Below the pieces are notes generated by a model that made no database searches, had not been told where the DNA came from, and was given only the letters and a program-made list of their open reading frames with translations. This document shows positions 29,988-41,435 of a stretch of DNA of 64,000 bases, one piece after another; positions within the stretch are counted from its first letter, which is position 1; every line of letters begins with the position of its first letter. Source of the stretch: an uncultured delta proteobacterium. Its GTDB lineage: Bacteria; Desulfobacterota; Binatia; UBA9968. A program made the position numbers and the translations under genes. The stretch lies in NCBI GenBank assembly GCA_963745835.1, contig CAVUZH010000003.1, forward strand, positions 672,001 through 736,000. Direction: 5' to 3'.

Positions 29988-31481
29988 TCATTTCACCTTT
30001 TCAATATCGCTCGGCTTCCAGCTCTGATCGAAGAATGCCTTGGTCGGACCGTAGAGCCGTAGGATGACGAAGAAGCCTTTGTCGGGAAGCGTCTTCAGCC
30101 AGTTTCTTCCTTCGACCGGGGAGGTCGGACCGAAATAGATATCAGTGGAGCCGTCCGGATTCGTCGCCGGCTTGTCCATGGTGTTGATCGACGGGAAAGC
30201 CTGACCGTTGTCGAGCCCGGAGCCGGTAACCGGATCGTAGACGGTAACCGACCAGAACAACGCGGCCGGAATGCCTTTGGGCAGGCTGAGTTTGTAGCTG
30301 TTAGCGCCCAGTAGGAAATCACCGTTAGCGTCGACGAAAGTCACCGGGTACTTCGCGCCAACGTTCTCCATGTTGACTGCCATCCCCGGGCTCGTGGAAT
30401 AGGCAAAGGTGAAGAAGCTCGTCCGAGGATCTATGTAGTTGAAGGTGTCCGCGGTAAACGTCGGATTGCCCGGAAAGACGTTAGCCCAGCGCCGATCCTT
30501 GTACCATAGGCGGTTGGGCACGATGGTCTGCGGCTCGTAAGCGATCGCATGACCGATGCGATAGGACGTCTTTGCCGCCTTGTCGAGAAGGTCGCGCGTG
30601 CGCGGATCAGGCTTGAAGGGTTTGCCTTTTTCGATGCCGAGCGCCGCGAGCATGCCCCGCATCTCCATGTCGGCCGGATCGGCATATTCATGCTGGATAA
30701 AGCGGTTCAACATATCGAAAGCGCTGCCGTCGCTGGGGTACAACATATTGGCCGGTACCGCGGACGCATCGGGGAATTGCATGGGCTTGGCCGCCGCCTT
30801 CTTACCAAGCGGATAAATGCGCGTCTGCTCCATCAGCTTGACCGGCTCGTTTAGTTGCTTCGGGTCCTTGAAGAAGCCGCGCCAGAACACGAATACTCCG
30901 TAGGTGCGCGACCTGAACGCGAGGTATCCCTCCGGCACTTTGCCCTTGAAGTCCGGCGGCAGCAAAAGATATCTGCCCCCCTTGCCCTTGTCGGGGCCGG
31001 GTAAACCGACGTCGCCGCACCAAACCTTGCCGCCGATTTGCCGTTCCGAACAAATCGGCCGCTGAAAGAAGTCGTTGAGAATGCCCTGAAGGCCGGGCGG
31101 CACTTCGATTACCATCGGCCCTTCGTCGTTCAGGTCGAGATAGCCCAGCGCATAGATTACGTCTGAGTTGGGAGTTGTGATCAAGGTCTTGGCGTTGAGC
31201 CGCTGCTTCCAGATCGGCAGAATGTTGTAACCCTTGCCGAAAACCTTTTCCGAACCCTCCTTCATGCCGTACATGTTCAGCACGGGCAGCGCCCAGATAT
31301 AGGACTGCACCGCGCGCTGAAATACTAGCTCCTCCTTCAACGCCGTAATCCCTTCCTTGGATAGATACCCGTTTTTGAAGGGAAGGCTCGCGAGGTCGTC
31401 GTAGCGCGACACCCCTACGATCGTGGGCGTGGCCAATCCAACAACTAGACTCAACGTAACAAACGTTCTTGGCAGCAACAT
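29988..31481 (-). CDS. DUF1254/DUF1214 exported protein
   Basis: TTPNSDVIYA, GPDKGKGGRYL, FWSVTVYD and LRLYGP motifs; signal peptide. Confidence 0.88.
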   Translation of the reverse strand: MLLPRTFVTLSLVVGLATPTIVGVSRYDDLASLPFKNGYLSKEGITALKEELVFQRAVQSYIWALPVLNMYGMKEGSEKVFGKGYNILPIWKQRLNAKTLITTPNSDVIYALGYLDLNDEGPMVIEVPPGLQGILNDFFQRPICSERQIGGKVWCGDVGLPGPDKGKGGRYLLLPPDFKGKVPEGYLAFRSRTYGVFVFWRGFFKDPKQLNEPVKLMEQTRIYPLGKKAAAKPMQFPDASAVPANMLYPSDGSAFDMLNRFIQHEYADPADMEMRGMLAALGIEKGKPFKPDPRTRDLLDKAAKTSYRIGHAIAYEPQTIVPNRLWYKDRRWANVFPGNPTFTADTFNYIDPRTSFFTFAYSTSPGMAVNMENVGAKYPVTFVDANGDFLLGANSYKLSLPKGIPAALFWSVTVYDPVTGSGLDNGQAFPSINTMDKPATNPDGSTDIYFGPTSPVEGRNWLKTLPDKGFFVILRLYGPTKAFFDQSWKPSDIEKVK

Positions 31482-31759
31482 CGGGCAATACTCCTCTTTA
31501 TGACTTCACTGATACACGAGCCGCGAAGCTCTGCACATCGGGCGTTTGCTGATTTTGCTTCCAAATCCCTTATAAAGAAACAAACAAGCACGAAATAGCA
31601 AGCTGTCAGCCGAATACTCCACGTAACAAATAATTACGAAGATTTATTGTGCAGCGGGAAAGAGCTGAAATTCAGATGTGACGCGTCGCGCTATAGTCAC
31701 CTGCGGATGGGCAAATTGTTAGACCATAAAACGATCGGTCATGGCCGATTTTTGAATTC

Positions 31760-32167
31760 AACGTTCTCGTTCACGCCTTTCGATCCGATTCTAGGGACCA
31801 CGATCTCTGTCGAAGGTGGTTGAACGGCGCCGTCAACGGAGACGCACGTTACGGCATGTCTCCACAAGTTTTGAGCGGCGTCATCCGTGTAACGACCCAC
31901 CCTCGAGTTTTCTCCAGACCCAGTGCTCTCGCCGAAGTCATCGGATTTTGTGAGCTATTACTCGCCCAACCTCATTGTGCCGTCATACACCCGGGACCGC
32001 AGCACTGATCCATATTTGTCCGCCTCTGCAAAGACGCTGACGCTCGCGGTAACCTGGTACCCGACGCGTGGTTCGCGGCATTGGCCGTGGAGTCCGGCCG
32101 CGACTGGGTGACCACGGACAGTGATTATGCTCGTTTCCCCGGACTTAAATGGCACGCCCCGTCTTGA
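31760..32167 (+). pseudogene. vapC: VapC PIN-domain toxin relic (5' end lost, internal TGA at 32006-32008)
   Basis: NVLVHAFRSD...RVTTHPRVF...PGPQH*SIF...ARGNLVPDAWFAALAVE...TTDSDYARFPGLKW. Confidence 0.85.
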
Positions 32168-32409
32168 AATCCAAAACACCAAACTCTCTTTTCGCAGCCG
32201 CTCTTGTACCTTCAGAACCGCCGGCAACGTCTATTTTTCTCTCGTGACTCCGGTCCCGGCCAGTACGGCAACATAGAATGAGAAATCCGCGTCCTTCGGC
32301 TCTGGCCGGGGCGCTCACTACAGGTCTAATCATAATCTGATTCTTTCTGATCTACCTTCCTCATGAATATCTGTTTTCGGATGCCATCCAACTTTGCGGT
32401 TCGGCATAT

Positions 32410-34075
32410 TTATCGATCATGGCTGGACGTGAGCGGTTTTGATTTAGCTCTTCGAAGATAGTCTTTCACTTGCTCATTTTCCTTGAGAGTGGCAAGTAAA
32501 GCCCTAGCAATAAGCTCATACCCAACGGCGTTGGTATGCCATGGATCAGCCTGCATATAAATTTTTCCGAAGGATTCGATGGGCGTGTAAAGCTTTTTCT
32601 CACCGTTCTTAGCTTCGACTGCAAAACTCCTGATATATGGTACATCCAAACCTTCCCATTTTCCTTCTTCTCCACTGTTGGTGTAAACATAGAAGAGACT
32701 TGTTCCTGCGGGAAAGGTCGCCGAATAAGACCAGACGTGGTCGGCTGGTTTCTGATCCCCATGTGTTCCGTCGTCGTACATGACGATTTTGTTCGGTATA
32801 AGGTTTCCCAATTTCGGATGATTTCCCGCGATGTAAATTGCCTTTGGTACAGACCATTTGTCCGCAAACAACCGAAAGACAACTTCGATTTCTCCATCAA
32901 CATTGCCCCGTTGACGCTTACGAGGTTCAAGGTTTAATGTCCTCTCTAATTCCTCCTCGATCCTCTTTTGTGCCGCTGCGATCAAAGCACTGCTGTCCAC
33001 GAGCGGGACGCGTTCATCCCTGGAAATTCTTTGCAGTATCTTGAGATACGGGCTGTCCGTCCAAAACTCGTTGTACAGCAGGACAATACTGATATTGTGG
33101 TTCCTGGCCAGCTTGATCATCTCGCGGTGATAGTTATCAAAGTCTTTCACTGAATCCTTCATCCACGGTTCGAATTTATCAAAATCATTATCGACCACCT
33201 GTCTCTTCCATGTCGTGTGTCGCGACATGTTCTCAATATGCCTATCAATCGGCTCGGGCTTCCATTTTAAGAGCAAAGCCCAGTATTGCAGAAGTTTGAA
33301 GGATTCACTTTTGTTGACTATACCGCTCAGCGTCTTCAGCAAAGTAACAGATTCTTTGGCTGTAGACGCATTCTTATTATGGACACCCGCCATGTTGGGT
33401 TCATTCATGGCAAAGCCAAGGACCACTACATCAGGCTTGAGATCGAGCACTCTTGTTTTTAGCAACATTAATCCATTAATGGAGGAGTAGCCACCCACCC
33501 CTAAATTGAACACTTCAAAATTTGCTTCTGGGAACTCGCGCTTAAGCAAAGTCTTCAACGTCTGAGGGTAGGCCTGATTCTGCGCAACGTTCCAGCCAAA
33601 TGTCCATGAATCCCCCAGACATACTATCCGAAAGACGGATGGTGGCTTTTCCTTCGGAAACTCCACATCCCTGAACCCTTCGGAGTTAAGCGAAACTTCC
33701 CAAGTTGGATTCCCTTTTAGGGAATTCGGAAGGCTGAGGAAAGAAGCCGAGGAGAGCCGTTTTCTCTTGCTCGCTATGAGCGGGGCTGAAAATATCGACG
33801 TACTTCCGGTGAATGTTTGGTCGATTCTTCCAGATCAATAGATCGTCTGACTCCAACATCCGGAGACCATCCAGCCACGGGGGAATCGGGCCGTAGTAAG
33901 AGCCAAACACATATGGCAACGGAACTTCCGTCACCATCGAGTTCCGGGCAAAATACGCGATCCTGAGCAGTGCTTCCAGGATCGCGAAAACCAATAGTGT
34001 CGCGCCCAGCCCTTTAGCGATCTCGCTGAAAATAACCTTACGCTTCATCGTCCAACTGAGACCTGGGTTTTTCAT
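32410..34075 (-). CDS. Membrane-anchored SGNH/GDSL hydrolase-like protein with an inserted carbohydrate-binding-like domain (frameshifted near 33700-33750)
   Basis: LGDSWTFG, NLGVGGYSS, MNE and DPWH blocks; insert MYDDGTHGDQKPADHVW; N-terminal TM in the 33686-34075 ORF. Confidence 0.8.
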
Positions 34076-34119
34076 GGGTATCGCTCACGCGTAAACGAGG
34101 CTTCCGATTCTGTTCGTCA

Positions 34120-34365
34120 TATTCAGAACGACGAAATCTACGCTGATCACGTCGGGAAGTAGTGCTCTTTCTGCAGCTTTATCACGAATATAAGTCGGTG
34201 CAACAAACAACTTTTCGAGCGTACGCTGCCGCGGTGGGAATCCTATATTTTGCGCCGCATCGCTCGTAGGATCCCATGCTCGTGCGCTTCTATGACGGCG
34301 CGATTTTACCCAGGGCTTTGCCCAAAATCGTCGAAGGTGAGCATAAGGTACTTTTCACCAGTCAT
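34120..34365 (-). pseudogene. Decayed ChbG/YdjC/HpnK deacetylase fragment
   Basis: MTGEKYLMLTFDDFGQSPG*NRAVIEAHEHGIL plus a later LPDVISVD block, both matching the intact 57394-58218 gene. Confidence 0.75.
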
Positions 34366-34512
34366 AGTCACACTCGTGAGTCCTCGATAATCTTTGCCAG
34401 GACGGTCTCGGCGCGAAAATGTCTTATGATTTGGCCCGGCGGCACGCGAGGGTTTGTGGAGCAGATAAGGATTGCTCTGGAAGGCCAAACACACAATCCT
34501 GCATAAGAGAAG

Positions 34513-36202
34513 TTATGGGAAACCTTTGATTTCCGCTTTAACGTAGCTTTCTTCCAGTTTCATTAAACCTTCTGGATCGTTGGTCAGATCGTAGACGAAA
34601 ATGGAGTAGCCGACTTTCGCCACCGGCTGGCGCACCCAGAGCCAGCGAAAGAGCGGATCATCGGGGCTCGAAACATCCTGCAAATTGTAAACGCTGATCG
34701 CGAGCATCTTCCGAAGCGCGTCCGGCTGGAACCTTGTCAGCAGGCGGCGGCCATTCCAAAGTGCCGTTTCCCGGGACATATTGGTAGCGAATCCCGTAGT
34801 AAGAAGGCGGGGCTGTTCCGAAGTAAGACAAATAAATAATCGGCAGCTTCTCCTTCTCCATATACGCTTTTAGTCTTTTTAGGTCTTGTCCCCAGTCCAG
34901 ATTCGAATCGCTCAAATAGACGGTAACCCTGCTCCGGGCCTCCGACCGATTCATTAAAATACGCAAGCTGGTGCGGCGCAATGCGAAGCGAAGAAATAGC
35001 CGTGAAGAGCACCGGGATACCGATCAGCAATGGTGCGAGCCAGTCGCGGCGTAAGCGAGACCGTCGCCAGACGCGAGGCCAGGACGAAGAGAAACGGATA
35101 AATGGGAAGAATGTGGCGCAGACCGATATTCGTCTTCGCCTGCGTCATGGCAAGGAAAAAATTAGGATTACCGGCAGCACAAGGAAAAGGCTTGGCGGTA
35201 TCGGAGAGGCGTCCCGGCGCGGTAAAAAACAAGCGAGAGGGTGATAAGCACCAGGCTACCCATGGGTGTCTTGATAAGAAAGGCGATCGGGAAATAGCTC
35301 CACCAGTTGTGCGAAGAATATTCTCCTAAGAAAAAGGCCGGTAGGCCTTCTTGCGACAAAGTCAGAAATTGATAAAAGCCGGATAGCCAGGGTTGAAATC
35401 CTTGAAAGAAGTAAGCTGGCGGAATTGTCAGTAAGGCAACAAAAAATCAGCGAAAGGACTGTTGCTGCCTGAAGGAACTTGTGCCGTGTTTCATTTTGGT
35501 TCCGTTTTGAGGGCAAGAGAACATAACGCTCGCTGTCGATTAAAACAGATGCGATAACAATCAGAGCGATCATCGGGATGAGCAGAACCGCTGAAAATTT
35601 GGAGAGCAGGGCCATGCCTGTAGAAATGCCCGTTGCGATCAAAGCGTCCATGCGGGTCGATTCATATATTCCCAGAAAAGATAGACGGCAAGAAAAATGA
35701 ACAAAGTGACTCCGGTATCGGTGGTCACAGCGAGGAATGAGCAACGAGATTCGGTTCCAAAGACGCAAGCGCCATGGCCAGCATGGCTGCGCGATTGCCC
35801 CAAAGGCGGTAGGCCCACCATCCGGTGAGCGCTACCAGGACGCCGCCGAGCAATAAATTAGGGAAGCGACTCAAAGCAAGTATTTGATCGGCGCTGGACG
35901 GTGATTTGTACAGTAAGTCCCGTCCAATGCAAGTAACCATCTGCATCGCGCCAATGTTTAGGATCTGGACGGAAAGGCAGCCTGTAGCCTATGAAAAGCG
36001 GAAGCGCAAGAAGCTCTTTGATGAGGGGCGGGTTTTGCGGCTCTATGCGAAAGTCTCTTTTTGTAAGATAAGAATAGCCCGCTCCGAGATGCATTGCCTC
36101 ATCGATGGTTTGAGAGTTCGCTCGAATGAAGAAAATTCCCTGCACGAAGAAAAGGACCAGAAGAAAAAAAGCTCCGCCCAGTGCAAGTTTAGTTCTGGAC
36201 AT
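34513..36202 (-). CDS. GT39/ArnT-like (lipid-carrier-dependent) membrane glycosyltransferase, multiply frameshifted
   Basis: TIDEAMHLGAG, QNPPLIK, EPNLVAH, LLSKFS, WSYFPIAFLIKTP, NIGLRHILP and SDSNLDWGQDL spread over shifted ORFs. Confidence 0.75.
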
Positions 36203-36291
36203 TAAACTGCTCATGGGATGCCAAGCGCAGAAAAAGCGGTTGAGACCTGTACTGTAAATTGCTGACACCGGGCACATTTTGTCTACGGAAC

Positions 36292-37906
36292 TTAGTCTTT
36301 ATTCTTCGACCTCTGAGATAGCTGCTCTAAGACATAGACTTTGTAGTTGAATGATGTGAAGGGAATAGACCAACTATACTCGCGAATTACTCTATAGCCC
36401 GCGATAGGAGAAGCCGCGATCACATAAGGTTTTTTCTCCCCTGATGTGACCAAAGGAACATCTCTCTCGCGTACGGCGCCGGGCGACAGGTTTTCGGGGT
36501 GGGCATAGAGGTTCCAACCGTTGAAGACATATCCTGCGTCAATACTGTGCAAAAGGAATATTTTTTGTCACGAAGCCAGCTGAGCGCCTTGAGCGGTAGC
36601 GCGGCTAGTTTGGTTCTCGTTCCAGGTCACGAGCATAGATATAGCGTAAAAGAATGGCTGATACAAGCAAGCGCTCATCTTGGATCTAATATGGCTATTC
36701 GTAAGCATCACAATCAGGGGTGGGAGCAAGACCATAGAGTATCGATCAGAGTTCCATGGACCAAAGAACCAGAGAACCATTATAAGAGCAAAATGGATGG
36801 ACGCATACCAAACAAAAAGACCGAGTGGGTTTGCAATACCGGCGCGAGATTACATCGATAACTTTCACAATAATCGCAGCAGAAGAAAGAACGGAAAGTG
36901 TGAAAAGAGGATGGGTTCAACCACGAAGGGCAAGAAATCAGGAGCTGGTGGGCCCTGTAAGAGGTGACGCTCTCTGCCGAGGGTATTCAACTGCCACATC
37001 CCTTCTTGCGGATCGGGAATTTCGCCCGCAAATAATATCGAGCACCCGTTAAGATAAGTAAAGCGATGACAGCACCCCAAAACAGAGGCCGCCTGTAGAC
37101 TGAAGATGACCATGGGGATGCTCAGAGGGAGAAGTGCAAGTCCGACATGCATAAAGATTCGCAATACGCCCGGCACTGCTTGGTGATAATGATGGATCCA
37201 ATAATCGATCACCCAAGTCGTCCAGAATGTAGACTGCAGAAGTCACGCCAAAGATTTGAGCAGTGAAGATAGATGTAAGGGAGAACAGTAAACAAAATGC
37301 AGCGGCGGGTAAAAGATATCTCCAGGACCTGTAGGATGGCGCAAAAAGCAAATAAAGCAGTAGACTTGCTGGTATTGCGATCAGCAATCTGTCGTATGAA
37401 GAGGGCACATGCTGTAAAAATGCAGCCCAGCCATAGATTCAAAGGGCTTTCTCCGAGAAAGCCCACGCACAATGAAGAAGAAGGCGATCGTGGCATAAGC
37501 TCACGAAGTGAACATCGGTCATGAATGAGAAAGTGAGGACAAAAAATACAGGATTCGCGACAAGGACAACAGTCGCAATAAGACTCTCCCTTCGCGCGCG
37601 CCCAAACTCCCGCAATGTGCCGTACAGCGCCAAGGCCCCAAGCCAAGCCAGCACCACTGTAGAAAGTCGAAGGGCCGAAAATGAGAACCCAAAGGTAAGC
37701 AAAACAACGCTCCCCAAAGAATTTGCGTAAAAGGATAGTGAACGGACCAATCTAGGATTTGCAACTGGCCAGTTTCGAGGAAATGTTCAACGCTCCAAGC
37801 ATAAGTCCAGTCATCGTGAAAAGGCAGATTAGGAAGCGGATGAAGCAGGAGTGACGGGGAAGGAGAAAAAAAGAGCCAGGATTCCAGCTGGGATCAGGTG
37901 CTTCAC
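36292..37906 (-). CDS. GT39/PMT-like membrane glycosyltransferase, multiply frameshifted
   Basis: PFHDDWTYAWSVEHFL, QILWGALF, GFSFSALRLST, NPVFFVLTFSFMTDV and IDAGYVFNGW fragments. Confidence 0.7.
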
Positions 37907-38026
37907 CGTAGCATGCGCACTCTTAAAACTCCGGAAATCGTCGCCCGGTTTAAAACATGAGAAAATTTTTTGCAAAGGCGTGAAGTTTGTGGACGACGTT
38001 ACCGTTGGGTTTATATAAGCTTTAGG

Positions 38027-39164
38027 TCATAGCTTAATGGGACGAGATGAGTTTAGAGGGTGGCGTAACTCGAACGCAACAAGTCGTTCGTTTTGTAGCA
38101 TGCAGTGATATCCGTATCGGAGGTGCGCGCTGAATTCATGGTAGTAATCGAACCACCAGAACGCCGGCCAGCTAAATATGATAGCGGCGACTCCGGAGCC
38201 GCGTAACCGTTCGAGCTCGTCAATGGCCGTAGCATCATCCGGTGGTGGTCCCGAATATTGACCGTCTCTATCAAGAAACGGAATGGCTCGACGCCCGGCT
38301 GAAATCTCGGTTGTAAACGCGCCTTGATCAACCAGAATGAAAGTGTCCTCGGGCTGGACCAAATCGGCGATCTCCTGTGCTGACAACTGAACCCGGTACT
38401 CCCAATTCCAGCTAACGCTTCCTTTGCGTAAAACCGCCGGGCCATGGCAATCCTGCCTCGGCAGTGTCTCAATTCTGTTGGAGAGGCTACGCCTACCGAG
38501 GAATTCATGTACAGCAATCGCGCAACCATCCCAAGTATAATAGTCGTCTAAAACCACGAAGCCACGGTCCAAAACTTGATCATAAAGATTGTCCAGACAG
38601 CACTTTACGCTCGAATACCAATCGCAGTCGATTCGGAGCAGAGCGATGGCACCGACGCGCTCACGATTGTTCCGTAGGGTCTGGTCAAACCAACCCTTGA
38701 CGAACTCAGTATAAGAGGCAAGTCCGAGGTCCGCCGCAATACCCTGTACCTCCTCGAGTGACGCACGACAGTTATCAAAGTACCAGGGATTGTTTGTGTT
38801 CTTGGCGTACGCCATGGCGGCTGGGCCGTCGATTACATCCGGCGGATGGCAATCCCTCGAACGAGTCAAAGAGCCAGACTTTTCGATCAGTGACCCCGGC
38901 CTGACGCAGGAGTTCAGCCATCAGGAACGCGGCGCCGCCGCGCCAAACCCCGCATTCCACAAAGTCGCCTGGAATGTTGCTCACGAGCAGGTATTTCACC
39001 TGAAGTGCAAGATCTACAAGCGACGCCTCGGCGACCATTGTAAACTGCCGTACCTTGTCCAGAACCGCCGTGAGCTCATGTATGTTTTTTAACGATTCCA
39101 TTCTCCATTCGATAAGAAAAATGTCATCCAAATCGGCGGATTTCGACTCACGTCGCCAAGTCAA
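38027..39164 (-). CDS. TylF/MycF/NovP-family O-methyltransferase with an extra C-terminal domain (frameshift near 38850)
   Basis: GDFVECGVWRGG, FDSFEGLP, KGWFDQTL, LRIDCDWYSS and DDY motifs. Confidence 0.85.
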
Positions 39165-40206
39165 ACACGACCAAACGTTCGTTTTTCAGCACACAATGAT
39201 ACTGGGATTTAAGTTTGCTATGAAACTCCGCGTAATAATCCAGCCACCAAAAAGCATCCCAAGTAAAGACTAGAAACTTCGCACCTGACTCACGCAGCCG
39301 AGTGAGTTCTCGAATCGCCGTGTCGTCGTCTGATGGCACGCCCCAATACTTTCCCTCTCGTTCCAGAAAGGGTATGGCCCAACGTTCATTAACGAGCTGG
39401 CCTCTGATCACGTCATGGTCAACCAGGATGAACCTTTGTCCGTGTGAAATGAGCCTCCCAATTTCATTCACGGTCTTAAAGAGCCGATGTAACTCTAAAT
39501 ATGACCTCGGGTGAACTATCGAGAGCTTACGGATAGCTGTGTTTTCTGCTTCCTTTTTCAGGAGAGGGTGTTTTTCTAAAGACTGGGCTCTCATGAAAAG
39601 TAATATGTTTTGTGCGTACCACCACTCGACGAGCTCGTTTTGCCATACTTTGTCCCGTATGCAATCGATCGCAATATACTCTTTCCGTTTGAAATGGCTT
39701 ACCCAATAGTCTGGCCATTGCTCATTAAAGTGGTCTGTCCCTCCTTGACACGGAATCGCCGCAGAAAACAGAATGACATCTCCCAGGTTGATGAGAGACT
39801 CAACAAATGTCTCCGCGCATTCGAGGGGCAAGTGTTCAGCAACTTCTAACGACACGACCAGATCGAATTGCCTCTCTATTCGAAAAGGTTTCGTGAAGTC
39901 ACATGACAAGAAGCTATCCCCTGGGATTTCTAGAGCATCGCGGTCTACCCAATCACCGTCTACTCCCAAGAAGTCCGCGATCCCAGATTCTCTGAACACA
40001 GACAACCAAGTTCCTGTGCCCGAACCCACATCAACGACACTCCCGGGCCGGATTAGTTCTAAAACCAAAGGAACAATTTCCTTTGCTGATTGTCTCGACC
40101 CGCTTTCGTGTGCCCTATAGAAATCACGGTTATAGGATTGGCTGTTTTGCATGGACTCGGAAACCACGAGATTATCCACGAGAGTTTTAATCCGCAAGCA
40201 TCTCAA
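39148..40206 (-). CDS. Class I SAM-dependent methyltransferase with an extra C-terminal domain
   Basis: VVDVGSGTGTWL, SLEVAEHL and FSAAIPCQGGTDHFNEQW; start may be the ATG near 40152. Confidence 0.85.
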   Translation of the reverse strand: MRCLRIKTLVDNLVVSESMQNSQSYNRDFYRAHESGSRQSAKEIVPLVLELIRPGSVVDVGSGTGTWLSVFRESGIADFLGVDGDWVDRDALEIPGDSFLSCDFTKPFRIERQFDLVVSLEVAEHLPLECAETFVESLINLGDVILFSAAIPCQGGTDHFNEQWPDYWVSHFKRKEYIAIDCIRDKVWQNELVEWWYAQNILLFMRAQSLEKHPLLKKEAENTAIRKLSIVHPRSYLELHRLFKTVNEIGRLISHGQRFILVDHDVIRGQLVNERWAIPFLEREGKYWGVPSDDDTAIRELTRLRESGAKFLVFTWDAFWWLDYYAEFHSKLKSQYHCVLKNERLVVFDLAT

Positions 40207-40214
40207 GCAAAGTA

Positions 40215-41432
40215 TCAGTTATTGTCATTCATTGCTTTGTCAATAAGCCGGCTAAGGACTTTTGCAGAGTCGAAGTATTCTTCGGCTATGGCCCTTGCCG
40301 CTCGGCAGTGGAACTCATAACGCCTGTTGACCTCCTCAATTCCCGCAAGCGCGTTTTCAGGTGTACTAAAGGGAATAACGCCTGCTCCTGTTTGTAACCA
40401 ATCCGAAAAGCCGGTCTCTTGAACGACTACGGGCCTCCCACTGCTAAGGTAAGCGGCGCTACGTTCGCTGAACCAACCGCTACGAGTGACAACATACCCG
40501 TGTTTAGCAACTCCGAACTCCGCCTTCGACTGCTGAATGTACTGCTGATAACTCCAAGGGTCTCGTGCTGCCTCGAGGGGATTGCTTAGCGTCCAGCCCT
40601 TAGCACGTAGCAAATTGCACGGTGCTGTCGGACTACCGACAGCCAATTCAAGAATAGGTCCGGCTCTCTTGGGCAGGTCACGATAGGGCGCGAAACTGTC
40701 CGACTTCATGCCATAACGTTGTCCATCGTATATCCTCCCAGGAAGGCTGTCCCATTGCATGACCGTTGTGAACTTCCCCTGTGCCGGCCCCGGCTTTACC
40801 GGCCACGTTTCCAAGACGACCGGCTGTCGGGTAGTTTGCCACGGCAGTCGATCGTCCGGAATGCTGCACCGACTGAGGCCGATATTCTCACCAAATGAAA
40901 AAAACGCGGTGTGTTGCATGGCGAGATTTTGTGCCGCAGCATCAGTAAGATGTTTGATCTGAGTGAAGGCTGGATCGGTATCGACAAAAACCCTTGCGGG
41001 AATATTTATAAGCCAGGGGCGTAAGGGATTCACGCCGCTGAGATTTAGCAGGATGTCCGCAGTCGTGAACGTCTCCAGAATGTGATTAGCGTACGGACCA
41101 AGCCAGCGCGAGGTGTGAGCATCATAATATGCCCAGCGGTCTGCTAGGCCAACACGTTCAAAAGTTTGAGTCGCAAATTGCAGCCCATAAGTCGGATCGG
41201 TGTCCATGGTGTGTCTTGTCGGATCGTAGCAAGACCAGGGAGTATCGCCGCTATCTTCGGCGAAGTATACGTCATGCCCACACTGAGCGAGACCCATTAC
41301 ATACTGCAAGTGGTGCCAGACTAAGCCGCCCACTGGCCCACGAACGATGTATCCGAGTACGATGATTCGCAACCGACTGCTTGTATCGCGGTACGGGATC
41401 GATCTAGTGTCAATCTGGTGTGGTCCGCTCAT
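40215..41432 (-). CDS. GT-B-fold glycosyltransferase-like protein (paralog 1)
   Basis: GGLVWHHLQYVMGL..GHDVYFAED, DTDPAFTQ and GWFSERSAAYL.SGRPVVVQETGF. Confidence 0.7.
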   Translation of the reverse strand: MSGPHQIDTRSIPYRDTSSRLRIIVLGYIVRGPVGGLVWHHLQYVMGLAQCGHDVYFAEDSGDTPWSCYDPTRHTMDTDPTYGLQFATQTFERVGLADRWAYYDAHTSRWLGPYANHILETFTTADILLNLSGVNPLRPWLINIPARVFVDTDPAFTQIKHLTDAAAQNLAMQHTAFFSFGENIGLSRCSIPDDRLPWQTTRQPVVLETWPVKPGPAQGKFTTVMQWDSLPGRIYDGQRYGMKSDSFAPYRDLPKRAGPILELAVGSPTAPCNLLRAKGWTLSNPLEAARDPWSYQQYIQQSKAEFGVAKHGYVVTRSGWFSERSAAYLSSGRPVVVQETGFSDWLQTGAGVIPFSTPENALAGIEEVNRRYEFHCRAARAIAEEYFDSAKVLSRLIDKAMNDNN

Positions 41433-41435
41433 TGG

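Noticed and set aside
32006-32008. Second selenocysteine or UGA-Trp recoding
   Set aside because: The position corresponds to Trp in a gene that is also 5'-truncated, and TGA is used as a normal stop throughout the window.
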